The position numbers and the translations under genes are program-made. This document shows, piece after piece, positions 19,154 through 29,302 of a DNA stretch of 64,000 nt. The stretch lies in the IMG/VR virus record IMGVR_UViG_3300043543_000740. The stretch is one strand, 5' to 3'. Under the pieces are notes generated by a model that saw only the letters and a program-made list of their open reading frames with translations, was not told where the DNA came from and did not search any database. Position 1 is the first letter of the stretch. Each line of letters opens with the position of its first letter. This DNA comes from an uncultured virus (IMG/VR IMGVR_UViG_3300043543_000740) (lineage: Duplodnaviria; Heunggongvirae; Uroviricota; Caudoviricetes).

Positions 19154-20236
19154 ATGAAGCGATTCCTCCAGCCGCTTTGGCTTCTTCTCACCACCAGCAA
19201 GGATTCCGACCTCCGGCAGATGATCGAGTACCTCAAGGAGGAGAACAAGATCCTCCGCTCCAAGCTACCAGACCGCATTACCGTCACCGCCCGCGAACGC
19301 AATCGACTCATTAAGTTCGGTACGAGGATCGGCGGCGCGATCCGCGAACTCATCTCAATCGTTTCCTACCGCACGTTCTGCCGCTGGCGCGCCGACGCCG
19401 AGCCGAGCAAGGACAAGAAGAAAGCACCGAAGCGCAAGCCGGGCCGGCCGAAGACCAAGGAAGAGATCCGCGAGCTGATCCTGAAGCTGGCGCGAGAGAA
19501 CAACGGCTGGGGTTCGACCCGCGTGCTCGGCGAGCTGAAGAAGCTCGGGATCACGACCGTCGGCCGCACCACCGTGGCCGAGATCATGCGCGAGGCGGGG
19601 CTCGACCCCGGCCCCAAGCGCGGCGAGGGGAGTTGGGACGAGTTCGTGAAGCGCCACGCGGCGACGCTCTGGGCCGCGGACTTCCTCACGGTCAAGTCAC
19701 TGACGCTGGCGGGCTTCGTGGACCTGCACCTGTTGTTCTTCATCCACATCGGCAGCCGCCGCGTGTTCGTCTCCAGCCCGACCGCCAACCCCGACTCGGC
19801 GTGGGTGGCGCAGCAAGCGCGGAACGTCTCGATGCAGATGGAGGACTGGGGCCTGACTGCCAGCCGGGTCATCATCGACCACGACACCAAGTTCGCCCAG
19901 TCATTCGACACGGTGTTCGCGGCCAACGACACCGAGGTGCAGCGCGTCGGCCCGCGCAGTCCGAACATGAACGCTTATTCAGAGCGGTTCGCGCAGACCT
20001 TGCGGAAGGAGTGCTTGGACCACTTCGTTGTCTGCGGCGAGAAGCACCTGAACCACATCGTCCGTGAGTTCCTGACCCATTACCTCGAAGAACGCCCACA
20101 CCAATCGCGCGGGAACGTGCCACTCTGCGAGGCCGACGCGGAGGAACCGCGCATCCTGAAGTTCCCCTCTGGCGAGGTGAAGTGCCGCGAGCGCCTCGGC
20201 GGGCTCCTCAAGCACTATTACCACGAGGCGGCGTGA
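19154..20236 (+). CDS. DDE (rve) integrase-core transposase
   Basis: LARENNGWG, AADF, DHDTKF, SPNMNAYSERF and RLGGLLKHY motifs; IS ends not identified. Confidence 0.88.
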   Translation: MKRFLQPLWLLLTTSKDSDLRQMIEYLKEENKILRSKLPDRITVTARERNRLIKFGTRIGGAIRELISIVSYRTFCRWRADAEPSKDKKKAPKRKPGRPKTKEEIRELILKLARENNGWGSTRVLGELKKLGITTVGRTTVAEIMREAGLDPGPKRGEGSWDEFVKRHAATLWAADFLTVKSLTLAGFVDLHLLFFIHIGSRRVFVSSPTANPDSAWVAQQARNVSMQMEDWGLTASRVIIDHDTKFAQSFDTVFAANDTEVQRVGPRSPNMNAYSERFAQTLRKECLDHFVVCGEKHLNHIVREFLTHYLEERPHQSRGNVPLCEADAEEPRILKFPSGEVKCRERLGGLLKHYYHEAA

Positions 20237-20437
20237 GCCGGTTCCCGACTGCCGCAACTCGGTGGCAATCCACTGTCACTTGCCGCGGTGACCGGCCCCC
20301 GCGTAACCGAGCTACGCCCAACCGCATTTCTGCGCGACGCCGGCCCGATTATGGGACATCCACCCGTCGCTCCGACACCGCGCACCGCCCATTGCCGAAG
20401 CCGTTTCCTTGAGGACACACTTTCTGCACATGACGGA

Positions 20438-21544
20438 TCATGGCTTTGCCAGCTTGAGAATGTCCTCGACATTCCAAACTTTGATTTGCCCGTTGCGGCC
20501 ACTGGTGACCAGTTGCTTACCGTCTGGTGTGAAGACCATCTTCCGCATCCCACCGCTGCCACCCGTGAACGGGGGGTAGGCCTTGAAGGCGGCGAGCTCG
20601 TGCTTGGCTTGCGCATCCCAGAGTCGAACCGAACCATCGTCCTCGTCACCGAAGGCCATGAGACGTCCGTCGTGCGAGACGGCAGGTTCCGTGAGCATAC
20701 TCTTGCGGTCCACCTTAAACAGCACCTTGCCCGCTCTCCAGTCGTAGACCTCCAGAACGTCCTTCTCAGCCAGATACTTACTCCATTTCACCACCAACCG
20801 GTCCTTGTCGAGGAAGACGAGGGATTCGATCGCCCCCTTGTAATCATCCTCACCCTTGAACTCAGGTTGCACCAGATGCCATGTCTTCTTCTCCATATCC
20901 CAGACCTGAACCAGTCCGCCAAAGAAGCCAAAGGCAAGGAAGCAGCCGGACGGATCGATTACCATCCGTTTCATCTCGATCCAGGAATCTTTTTCTCTTA
21001 TTTTGAGCGACAGTTCCTTGACGAGATCAATTTCTGCAACCTTTTTCAAGGACACGCGGTCCCAGAAGCAAACCGTATGATCATCAAATTTGTCACCGGC
21101 CGTGACGAGCCAGTTCTGCTTGGGAATGACGGCGAGCGCCGCAGCATGGTCCTTGTGCGCCGCCCAGTCGGCCTTGATCGTCTCCGTGGCGAAGTCGAAC
21201 AGGACATAGCGGGTGTGGTAGCCATCCTCCTTGATCCAGAAGAGGGGACGGCTAATGGCCAGCAGCCAGACATCCTTTTCGACGTGGACGCCGCGGTAGA
21301 TTTTCTCCCCGCGGAGTTTCTGCGGCAGGGGGAGCACCTTGCCAGTCTTCAGGTCGATCCGATGCACCGTACAGAAGTCGAAGCAATAGACCTGCTTGCC
21401 ATCCGGGCTGAGGCCGATGGACGCAGCGGCCTCGCAACTCGCGTCGATCACCCGGACCGGCTTGATCACCATGTCCTCGGCCGGTAGGTAGTTACCGGGA
21501 AATAGAGACACGGCAACTCCGAGTACCGTGAAATAGGTAGTCAC
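20438..21544 (-). CDS. WD40-repeat protein, possibly exported
   Basis: Repeated WD/WN-ending units; hydrophobic N-terminus. Confidence 0.8.
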   Translation of the reverse strand: MTTYFTVLGVAVSLFPGNYLPAEDMVIKPVRVIDASCEAAASIGLSPDGKQVYCFDFCTVHRIDLKTGKVLPLPQKLRGEKIYRGVHVEKDVWLLAISRPLFWIKEDGYHTRYVLFDFATETIKADWAAHKDHAAALAVIPKQNWLVTAGDKFDDHTVCFWDRVSLKKVAEIDLVKELSLKIREKDSWIEMKRMVIDPSGCFLAFGFFGGLVQVWDMEKKTWHLVQPEFKGEDDYKGAIESLVFLDKDRLVVKWSKYLAEKDVLEVYDWRAGKVLFKVDRKSMLTEPAVSHDGRLMAFGDEDDGSVRLWDAQAKHELAAFKAYPPFTGGSGGMRKMVFTPDGKQLVTSGRNGQIKVWNVEDILKLAKP

Positions 21545-24500
21545 TGGATCCCCTTATGGTCTTTGAGAATCTTTTCGACGCTGGGTGGATTGCCGGTCAG
21601 AGCCCAATTCGTGTCCTCGGGCGCAAGCTCGATTTGCGGCAACTTCCGAAGCACTTTCTGGACAGCGGGCGGGGCGAGCGGGGGAATCAGCGTCTTATCC
21701 GTACCCCAGAAGATCCCGGTGGTGGAGAAGACATTCTTCCCGGCCTTGATCCGGTCGGCCGATTGGGCATAACTGCCGAGGCAGGCGTAAATGATCCCCA
21801 CGCCGAGTTTGTACTTCTGGGCGTCCTGCCAAGCGTCGTACTTGATGAAGTACTTCTCCGCCTCCTTCTCGCCATTGACGGAAGCGTTGAGGAGGAACCC
21901 GTCCTTGCCGCCGTGACCCCAGACAACGACTCCCTGCAGGGATTTGTTCGCCGTGCCGTCGGCCAACATCTTCTCGAACTGCGCCGCCGTCCACGGCTCG
22001 TCCTTCCACCCGTTTTTCTTGCCGGATTCCCACTGTGCCTTCGCCAATTTCGCCTGATAGTCGGCGTAGTTTTTGGCATCCGTGTCCTCGTTGCCGGTCA
22101 GCTCTGGCACGGGGATGTTGACAGCGACTTTGGGTGTGTATCCCGCGTAGAGGACTTTATACCCCTTCGGGAACTTCTGCAACGCCGACATGTCGGCGTC
22201 CCAATTCACCCAGTAGCGCCCCAACGACCCACCCTCCCCACCCCAGTAGGCGACGATGCGGTTGGGCACCCACAACGTGTAATTCTTGCCAAAGATGTCC
22301 GCCACCGTCTTCGTCGGATCGCTTAACGCGTCGATAATCGCTTGGTTCTGTTGAGCATTCAACTTGCCCGGCTTCGTGGGGTCTTCCCACGAAAGCCATT
22401 TCGCAGCCTCCTTCGGCTCCAAACCAGCCGTCTTCGCGAGCCCGGCGATCGTGGCCTTCGTCGGATCCACCGCGAATACCGGTGCCCAATCGCGGTTCGC
22501 CCGACGGACGATCAACCACTGTGCCTCGACCTTATCCTGTGCGGCGACCCGGAACAGGGTCATGGCGTAGGCACCCGTGAGACCGCCCACGCCACTCCCC
22601 CCAACGAGCGGGTTGTACGTGGTATTGCCGTGGTGGGTGACCCCGACGTAATAGGCCCCCTCGGCAGGTGCGGTAAACGAGACGCGATCGCTCACTTGGA
22701 GCCCGGTGCCCACCCCGGCGTGAAGCAATTCGGTGCCCGAAGCATCGAAGACCCGGAGCGCGAGTTTGAAATTGGGGTCGTTGGACAACCCAGCGGCCAA
22801 GGCCTGGAACATCACGGTTAGCGAATCGCCTGCGCCCAGTTGTACGCGATACAGGTCCACGTCCAAACTGCCGAAGCTGTTGTCGCCAATCATCGCGGCA
22901 ACGGGCGACATGCCGGATGCATCAAATGAAATCGGCTGGGCGGTCGCGAGGATTTCGCCCGGGACGTCCATTTGTGCTGCGCTCTGCGTCACCCGCCACA
23001 TGAACGTCTGGCTCGCGGTGTTCGTCCCGTCGGAGACGGCCACCGCCACCTGGTAAGGCGTGTCGCTCGCGGCGTTCGCCGCGATTGTCCCCGAGATCAG
23101 CCCTGTGGAGGAGTTGAGGCTCAGCCCCGTCGGCAGGCCCGAGGCGGAATACGAGATCGAACCGCCGGTCGCGCTCGTCGCGACCAACTGTAACGAAACC
23201 ACGTCACCCACGGCGTTGACTCGATCGCCGGGTGCGTCCAGCGCGATCGCGACTCGGGGCGAGACGTTCCAACTGAAGGACTCGCGGTCGCTGCGCATGC
23301 CGTCCGAGGCCGTCACGGTCACGACGTAGGGGCTCCCGGCGCTCGCGTTCGTCGTTAGCGTCCCAGAGATCAGGCCCGTTGAGGAATTGATACTCAAACC
23401 GGGTGGCAAGCCCGCGGCGCTGTAGGTCACCGAGCGGCCGGACGCATTATGTGTCCCAAGTTGGAGGGACACCGAGTCCCCGTCGTCATTAAACTGGTCG
23501 CCGGGGTTGGTGAGGCTGACGAAGTTGACCGTCCACCAGAACGTCTGGCTGACCGTATTCGTCCCGTCTGAGACGGTCACGGTCACTTGGTAAGGAGTGC
23601 TGCTCGCCGCGGCATCAGCGATCGTGCCCGTGATCACGCCGTCGCTCGGATCGATGCTCAGCCCGATCGGGAGACCCGCTGCCGAATAGACGAGCGTAGC
23701 TGTGGACGGACCGACGGCGGAAAGGCCCAATGCGATGTCGTCCCCAGCCGCACTGACCTGATCACCCGGTGGGTCAAGAGAGAGTGCGGGTTGAGGGGTC
23801 ACATACCACTCGAAGGACTCGCTGTCGCTGTGCGTGCCAGTGGAGGCCGTCACGGTGACCGTGTAGGGACTGCCCGTCCCCGCTCCGACCGCGATCGTCC
23901 CGAAAATCACTCCGGTGAGGGAATCGATGCTCAGCCCGGGGGGCAGACCGGTGGCGCTGTAAGTCAGCGATCCAGAGGAGGCATGGCCTTGGAGGGCCAA
24001 TGACACCTCTTCGCCGGCATTGTTGAACTGGGAACCGGGGGATTCGAGGCCGACGAAATTGACGGTCCAAGCGAACGTCTGGCTGACGGTGTTGGTGCCA
24101 TCGGAGACGGTTGCCGTAACCTGGTAAGGCGTCGCGCTGGCCGCCGTGTCGGAGATAGTCCCCGAGATGAGGCCGGTGCTCGAGTCGATATTCAGTCCGG
24201 TCGGAAGGCCCGATGCCGAGTAGGTCAGCAGGGGCGTGTCCCAATCCGTCGCCACCAACTGGAGCGAAACGGCGTCGCCCGCAGCGTTCACTTGATCGCC
24301 CGGCGCGTCGAGCGACAGGACGGGCAGCGCGCCGACGTACCAGGTGAAAGATTGGTTGGTACTGTGGGTGCCGTCGGACGCTGTGACGGTGACGGTGTAC
24401 GGGCTGCCTTGACTGGCCGAGGTTGCGAGAGTGCCCGAGATGACCCCGGTGTTCTGATCGATGCTCAGACCGACGGGCAAACCTGTGGCACCGAACGTTA

Positions 24501-26409
24501 ACGTCCCGGATGCCGAATGGGCTTGGAGCGGCAACGAGACCTCGTCTTCGTCGTCGTTGTACTGCGTGCCGGGCGATTCGAGACTGACGAAGTTGACGAT
24601 CCAAGAGAGCGACTGGCTGACGGTGTTGACCCCGTCGGTCACGGTCGCCGTGACATCATAAGGTGTGGCGCTCGCGGCACTGTTGGCGATCGTGCCGGAA
24701 ATGAGGCCGGTGTTCGAGTTGATGCTCAGGCCGGAGGGTAAGCCGGTCGCGGAGTAGGTCAGAGTCGCGGCCGAGGCGCTCGTTGCAGACAGTTGTAGAA
24801 GTACCTGATCGCCGGCCGCACCGACTTGATCGCCGGGATTCGCCAACGCAGGGACGGCCGGTCGGCTGACGTACCAGGTGAAACCCAGGCTGGCCTGGAG
24901 CGTACCATCCGTCGCAGAGATGGTGACCGCGTAGGGGCTGTTCGTGTCGGCCGTGATCGAGATGGTGCCGGAGATGACACCGGTCTGCGAATCGATACTC
25001 AACCCTGCAGGCAAGTTCGACGCACTGAACTGCGGTGCTCCGGAGGCTCCACGAACCTGGATCGCGAGCGATATGGGATCGCCGCTGCGATTGTGCTGTG
25101 CACCTGGGTTGGTGAGATCGAGGGCAGTGACGACCCACGAGAACGTTTGGCCGGTGCTAACCGTTCCGTCTGAAGCGGTCACAGTGACAGTGTACGGAGA
25201 GTTACTGGCGGCACCGCTCTGGACAGTCCCAGAAATGTAGCCAGTCGCGGGATTGATGCTCAAGCCGGGCGGCAGGCCAGTCGCCCCGTAGGTGAGAGGG
25301 TCGTCATCCGGATCGGTGGCGAAAATCTGCAAGCCGATTGCTTCACCAACCACATCGATCTGAGCGCCTGGGTTTTGGACGACGGGGGTCTGATTGGCGA
25401 CAGTGTCGGTGATGCGCACGTCGGCAGTGGTTGCCGACCCACCACTCCCACCAGAGCCACCGCTCCCGCCGGAGCCGAAGCCGGCCAGGTAGTTACTTCC
25501 GCCCGGTTGGAGGGTCACCCGGAAACCCTCGGTCCCCTCCGTTTGGTTGTCCGACAACGCCATCAGGTACAGGTAGACGGCGCTCTGGCCCGCCCCGAAC
25601 GTCACCGTCCCGCCGCTCGCGGACAGCGACGCCGACGACCCGCCTGACGGCCCGGTCAGAGTGTAGTCAACGCCCCACGTCGCCAGCGGGTCGCCGTACC
25701 CGTCCTGCCCGAACAGCACATTCACGGTCAGCGCCGAGCCGATGTCCCCGCCGCTCCGCAGCACCCAAATGCCCTCACCCTGGCTGCCCTCGGCCACCGT
25801 TTGCGTCTGCGGGCTGAGCCACGCCACCGGCGCGTCGTCGGTGATCCGAATGTCGGCCACGGTCCCCATTCCACCGGACCCGCCACTGCCGCCCGAGCCG
25901 CCGCTCCCCCCGCTGCCATACCCGGGCGTGTAGCCCGTTCCGTTCTGGACCGTCAGCCGGAACCCTTCGGTCCCCTCCACGATGTTGTCCGGCAGCGCCG
26001 GCAGGGTCAGGTAAAGCTGTGTCTGGTTCGCCCCGAACGTCACCGTGCCGCCGCTAGAGGAAAGCGAGTACTGACCGGACGGGCCGGTCAGCGTGTAGTC
26101 GGTGTTCCACGCGGCCAGTGGGTCGCCGTAGCCGTTCTGGCTGATCCCCAGGTTCACAACGAGCGATGACGAAGTGTCGCCGCTGCGGTACACGTACACG
26201 CCGGCGGTCACGCCCTCCGAAAGGCTCTGGGCGATGGGGTCCAGCCAGACCTGCGCGACCGGGACCACCCGGTCCTCCATCGCCTCCACCGCAAGCTGGG
26301 TCGTCCGCGCCGTATGTGCCGGGCCGCCGAGGGAGCGGAGCCAGTCCCACAGGGCGAGCAACCGATCTACGAGGGTGTAACGAGACGGGAGGCGGGCAGG
26401 ACGGCTCAT
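21541..26409 (-). CDS. Large secreted protein: Calx-beta-like domains, He_PIG Ig repeats, variable C-terminal domain
   Basis: VEAMEDRVVP planctomycete motif; about 9 GLPxGLSI..TGxISGT repeats. The start could be 26538. Confidence 0.85.
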   Translation of the reverse strand: MSRPARLPSRYTLVDRLLALWDWLRSLGGPAHTARTTQLAVEAMEDRVVPVAQVWLDPIAQSLSEGVTAGVYVYRSGDTSSSLVVNLGISQNGYGDPLAAWNTDYTLTGPSGQYSLSSSGGTVTFGANQTQLYLTLPALPDNIVEGTEGFRLTVQNGTGYTPGYGSGGSGGSGGSGGSGGMGTVADIRITDDAPVAWLSPQTQTVAEGSQGEGIWVLRSGGDIGSALTVNVLFGQDGYGDPLATWGVDYTLTGPSGGSSASLSASGGTVTFGAGQSAVYLYLMALSDNQTEGTEGFRVTLQPGGSNYLAGFGSGGSGGSGGSGGSATTADVRITDTVANQTPVVQNPGAQIDVVGEAIGLQIFATDPDDDPLTYGATGLPPGLSINPATGYISGTVQSGAASNSPYTVTVTASDGTVSTGQTFSWVVTALDLTNPGAQHNRSGDPISLAIQVRGASGAPQFSASNLPAGLSIDSQTGVISGTISITADTNSPYAVTISATDGTLQASLGFTWYVSRPAVPALANPGDQVGAAGDQVLLQLSATSASAATLTYSATGLPSGLSINSNTGLISGTIANSAASATPYDVTATVTDGVNTVSQSLSWIVNFVSLESPGTQYNDDEDEVSLPLQAHSASGTLTFGATGLPVGLSIDQNTGVISGTLATSASQGSPYTVTVTASDGTHSTNQSFTWYVGALPVLSLDAPGDQVNAAGDAVSLQLVATDWDTPLLTYSASGLPTGLNIDSSTGLISGTISDTAASATPYQVTATVSDGTNTVSQTFAWTVNFVGLESPGSQFNNAGEEVSLALQGHASSGSLTYSATGLPPGLSIDSLTGVIFGTIAVGAGTGSPYTVTVTASTGTHSDSESFEWYVTPQPALSLDPPGDQVSAAGDDIALGLSAVGPSTATLVYSAAGLPIGLSIDPSDGVITGTIADAAASSTPYQVTVTVSDGTNTVSQTFWWTVNFVSLTNPGDQFNDDGDSVSLQLGTHNASGRSVTYSAAGLPPGLSINSSTGLISGTLTTNASAGSPYVVTVTASDGMRSDRESFSWNVSPRVAIALDAPGDRVNAVGDVVSLQLVATSATGGSISYSASGLPTGLSLNSSTGLISGTIAANAASDTPYQVAVAVSDGTNTASQTFMWRVTQSAAQMDVPGEILATAQPISFDASGMSPVAAMIGDNSFGSLDVDLYRVQLGAGDSLTVMFQALAAGLSNDPNFKLALRVFDASGTELLHAGVGTGLQVSDRVSFTAPAEGAYYVGVTHHGNTTYNPLVGGSGVGGLTGAYAMTLFRVAAQDKVEAQWLIVRRANRDWAPVFAVDPTKATIAGLAKTAGLEPKEAAKWLSWEDPTKPGKLNAQQNQAIIDALSDPTKTVADIFGKNYTLWVPNRIVAYWGGEGGSLGRYWVNWDADMSALQKFPKGYKVLYAGYTPKVAVNIPVPELTGNEDTDAKNYADYQAKLAKAQWESGKKNGWKDEPWTAAQFEKMLADGTANKSLQGVVVWGHGGKDGFLLNASVNGEKEAEKYFIKYDAWQDAQKYKLGVGIIYACLGSYAQSADRIKAGKNVFSTTGIFWGTDKTLIPPLAPPAVQKVLRKLPQIELAPEDTNWALTGNPPSVEKILKDHKGIQ

Positions 26410-26571
26410 GGGTGCGATCCTCGGCACGCGACGAACCGGAGGCGACGTGCGGTTCGGTATCGGGTCAACGAAGGTTGGATTTTGTGGCGCGACCTGCCCA
26501 CTGTCAACACCCTCGTGGCGATTTTCAGGGTTCTTCACGATACGCCCACACGGGCGTTGGACCGAAGCCGG

Positions 26572-27777
26572 TCAGCGCTCAACTGCGAGGGACGCCAGGA
26601 ACTCCTCCCACCGCGGCACCACCTCCTCCGGGTGCCACGCTACCGATGCCGATTTCGCGGCTGCGGAGGCCGCTTCGTATCGCATTCCGTCCTCCCACAG
26701 ACCGATCACCGTCTCGACCCACGGGATGACTTCCTCAGCCGACGGTGGGGTTCGGGTCTCCGGTGTGATGTGCGCGGGGATCGACAAGCATGTCCCGCCG
26801 GTTCCGACCACCTCCGGCAGCGCACCGCGGTCGCTGGCGAGGACTGGGATGCCGTTGAACATCGCCTCCGCCGCCACCCGCCCGAACGACTCGCGCCACA
26901 ACGACGGGATCACGACGAGCCGCGTCTGCTGGTAGAACGCCCGCGGGTCCGGCGTGTTGGCCATCCGGTGGAGTGATGTCACGCCGCGAAGGTCAACACC
27001 ACATCGCCCCAGCCAGTCAGCACGGCCACGACCCTCGACCACCAGGAGCGGGGTGTCGGGTCGCTGCCGCCCAAGCACCTCAGCCAGCCGAGCAAACCAG
27101 AACACGCCCTTCTCCGGGATCGGGTTCACGAACGTCACGAATCGTCCGCCGCCCGGACGTTCGCATGCCACCCGGGTCACGTCGATCACCGGTGGCAATG
27201 CAACACATTCGATCCCGAGCGTCTTGCGGTGGTACTCGCGGCTGAACTGCGACGGCACGATCACCGCGTCGCAACCGGCGAACGCCGCCGCGTCCGGGTA
27301 CGCGAAGTTGTGCAGCAAGAACGCCACCTTCGCCCCGGCATTCCTCGCCACCTGCACGACGCCCCGGCTCGCCGCGTCGCCGCCGTAGGTCAGCACGACT
27401 TCTGGGCGGAACCGCCGCATCGCCTCGGCGAGGATGGCCAGGAACCCGACGGTCTCTTCCGGTGAGGGGAGTTTGGCCGGCGCGGGCGGGTCGGGGGCGA
27501 ACACCGTGACCGGGAAGCCGCCCGGCCCCGGAACCGTGTGGACGGCAAACTTGCTCGCCCCGGCCGTGCCGGGAGCACTCGTGACCCCGGGCTGATCAAG
27601 GAGTGTAACGCCGATCGGCGTGGCGGCCGGGTCGTCGAGGAACGGGCCGGTGAACGCCCCGCACCGCCACCCCCGCGCCGCCAGCGCCGCGAACAGGTCG
27701 CGGGTGCAGACCGCCGCCCCGCTCGCCGGGTCGTGGTAGCAGTGATAGGACGCGAACATCACACGCGGTGGCATCAT
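26572..27777 (-). CDS. GT4 glycosyltransferase
   Basis: PSLWRESFGRVAAEAM..G.PV. Confidence 0.9.
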   Translation of the reverse strand: MMPPRVMFASYHCYHDPASGAAVCTRDLFAALAARGWRCGAFTGPFLDDPAATPIGVTLLDQPGVTSAPGTAGASKFAVHTVPGPGGFPVTVFAPDPPAPAKLPSPEETVGFLAILAEAMRRFRPEVVLTYGGDAASRGVVQVARNAGAKVAFLLHNFAYPDAAAFAGCDAVIVPSQFSREYHRKTLGIECVALPPVIDVTRVACERPGGGRFVTFVNPIPEKGVFWFARLAEVLGRQRPDTPLLVVEGRGRADWLGRCGVDLRGVTSLHRMANTPDPRAFYQQTRLVVIPSLWRESFGRVAAEAMFNGIPVLASDRGALPEVVGTGGTCLSIPAHITPETRTPPSAEEVIPWVETVIGLWEDGMRYEAASAAAKSASVAWHPEEVVPRWEEFLASLAVER

Positions 27778-27796
27778 CGGCTCGCTGGCGAGGGGT

Positions 27797-29200
27797 TCAA
27801 GATGGGGTGGACGAAGAGGCGAGGTCGGCCCGGACGTACTTGAGCGTCCCAACTCGGGGCGAGTGGATCACCGCCCCGAACAGCAAGTGCCCAGTAAGGA
27901 GTCCGTCCACCTGACGCCGGTCGTCGGGCGTGTGGTACTCCACCAGCACGACTCGCGTCCGGGCCAGCCGCGGCCCGAGGGCCGCCAGAATCTCAGCTTC
28001 CATCCCCTCGGCGTCCACCTTCAGCACATCCACCTCGCCCAACTCCAGTTCGTCCCACGCGACGGCGGCGTCCCGGATCGCCACAGGGACGCGGGCAGCT
28101 GGCTTCGGAACCAGGGAGGGAACGGTCGAATGTCCGGCCCCGGACCCCGAGTCCAGTAGCAACTCGGCCGTCCCGTCGGTTCGCCCCAAACCAACGGGGT
28201 GAACTGTCACCCCGGCGAGCGACGCGACGTTGCCGCGGAGCAGTTCGACGTGCGGCGGGTACGGCTCGAAGCAGTGGACGGCTGCCGGACGGATGGTCAA
28301 CTTGGCGTATAGGGCGAACGCCCCGCAGTGCGCACCGATGTCCACGACGACCGGAGCTGCGGTCAGCCACTCCGGTCGGACCCCTGCGTACTCGCCCCGC
28401 TCGAACAGTTGGCGGACGACCCAGGCGTCAACTGCCGGCATCCGCAGGACGTGCCGATCCGTCCCCCGGGCGACCTCGATGGCGACCACGCCGGGCGCGG
28501 CCGGTGCGGGTGCCGGCTTCTCGGTCGGCGCGGGCGGCCGGACGCGGGCGAAGCTGTCGGCGCGGACGTGGTAGCGGCCGCTCTTGGCCGGGACTGGCAG
28601 GAACCGGGCACCGGCTCGGGCGAACCGCCGCCACAGGTCGCCGTCCTCGTCCTGGCCCCGGTACTTCCCGAGCGACTCGTCGAAGAGTCCCGTTCGGTCG
28701 AGCAGGTCGCGCCGGTGGACGACCCCGAGCGGGACGGCGATGGTCTCAACGGCCATGCAGGACAGCCGGTGGGCGGGGTCGTAGGTGGTCACCCCGCCCA
28801 GCCCCGGGTGTCCCGTTCGCTCCTCGACGAGGTCGTACTGGAACAGAAAAACGTCAGCGTGGTTGCGGAGGCCCCACGCCCGCTCCAAGTGGTTGGGGTA
28901 GAACTCGTCGTCTTGGTCGAGGTAGGCGACTAGTTCGCCTCGGGCCGCCCGCAGGGCCGTGTTCCGGGCGGCTGCCTGTCCCCGGTTGACCGGGTGGCGA
29001 AACACGCGGACACGGGCGTCGAACGCGGCGAAGGCGTCGAGCCGGGCCTGGGAGTCATCCGTCGAGGCGTCGTCCACGGCGAGCAGTTCCCAGTCGGGGC
29101 AGGTCTGGGCGCAGAGGGAGGCGAAGGCCCGGTCGAGGAACCGAGCACCGTCGAAGACGGGCATGATGACCGAGACGAGAGTCCCGCCGGACACGGACAT
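27797..29200 (-). CDS. GT2 glycosyltransferase fused to FkbM-type methyltransferase
   Basis: VSVIMP, VDDASTD, LDQDD; DIGAHCG, FEP, LKVDAEG. Confidence 0.9.
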   Translation of the reverse strand: MSVSGGTLVSVIMPVFDGARFLDRAFASLCAQTCPDWELLAVDDASTDDSQARLDAFAAFDARVRVFRHPVNRGQAAARNTALRAARGELVAYLDQDDEFYPNHLERAWGLRNHADVFLFQYDLVEERTGHPGLGGVTTYDPAHRLSCMAVETIAVPLGVVHRRDLLDRTGLFDESLGKYRGQDEDGDLWRRFARAGARFLPVPAKSGRYHVRADSFARVRPPAPTEKPAPAPAAPGVVAIEVARGTDRHVLRMPAVDAWVVRQLFERGEYAGVRPEWLTAAPVVVDIGAHCGAFALYAKLTIRPAAVHCFEPYPPHVELLRGNVASLAGVTVHPVGLGRTDGTAELLLDSGSGAGHSTVPSLVPKPAARVPVAIRDAAVAWDELELGEVDVLKVDAEGMEAEILAALGPRLARTRVVLVEYHTPDDRRQVDGLLTGHLLFGAVIHSPRVGTLKYVRADLASSSTPS

Positions 29201-29302
29201 GGGGCCGAGCCGTTGTGGTGTCTTGGGGCCAAGCGATGCCGCAGGAGACAGTCTATCGGCGCCTCCTCGCCTGGAGAATGGACGATTGGGCGGTGTACGC
29301 GG

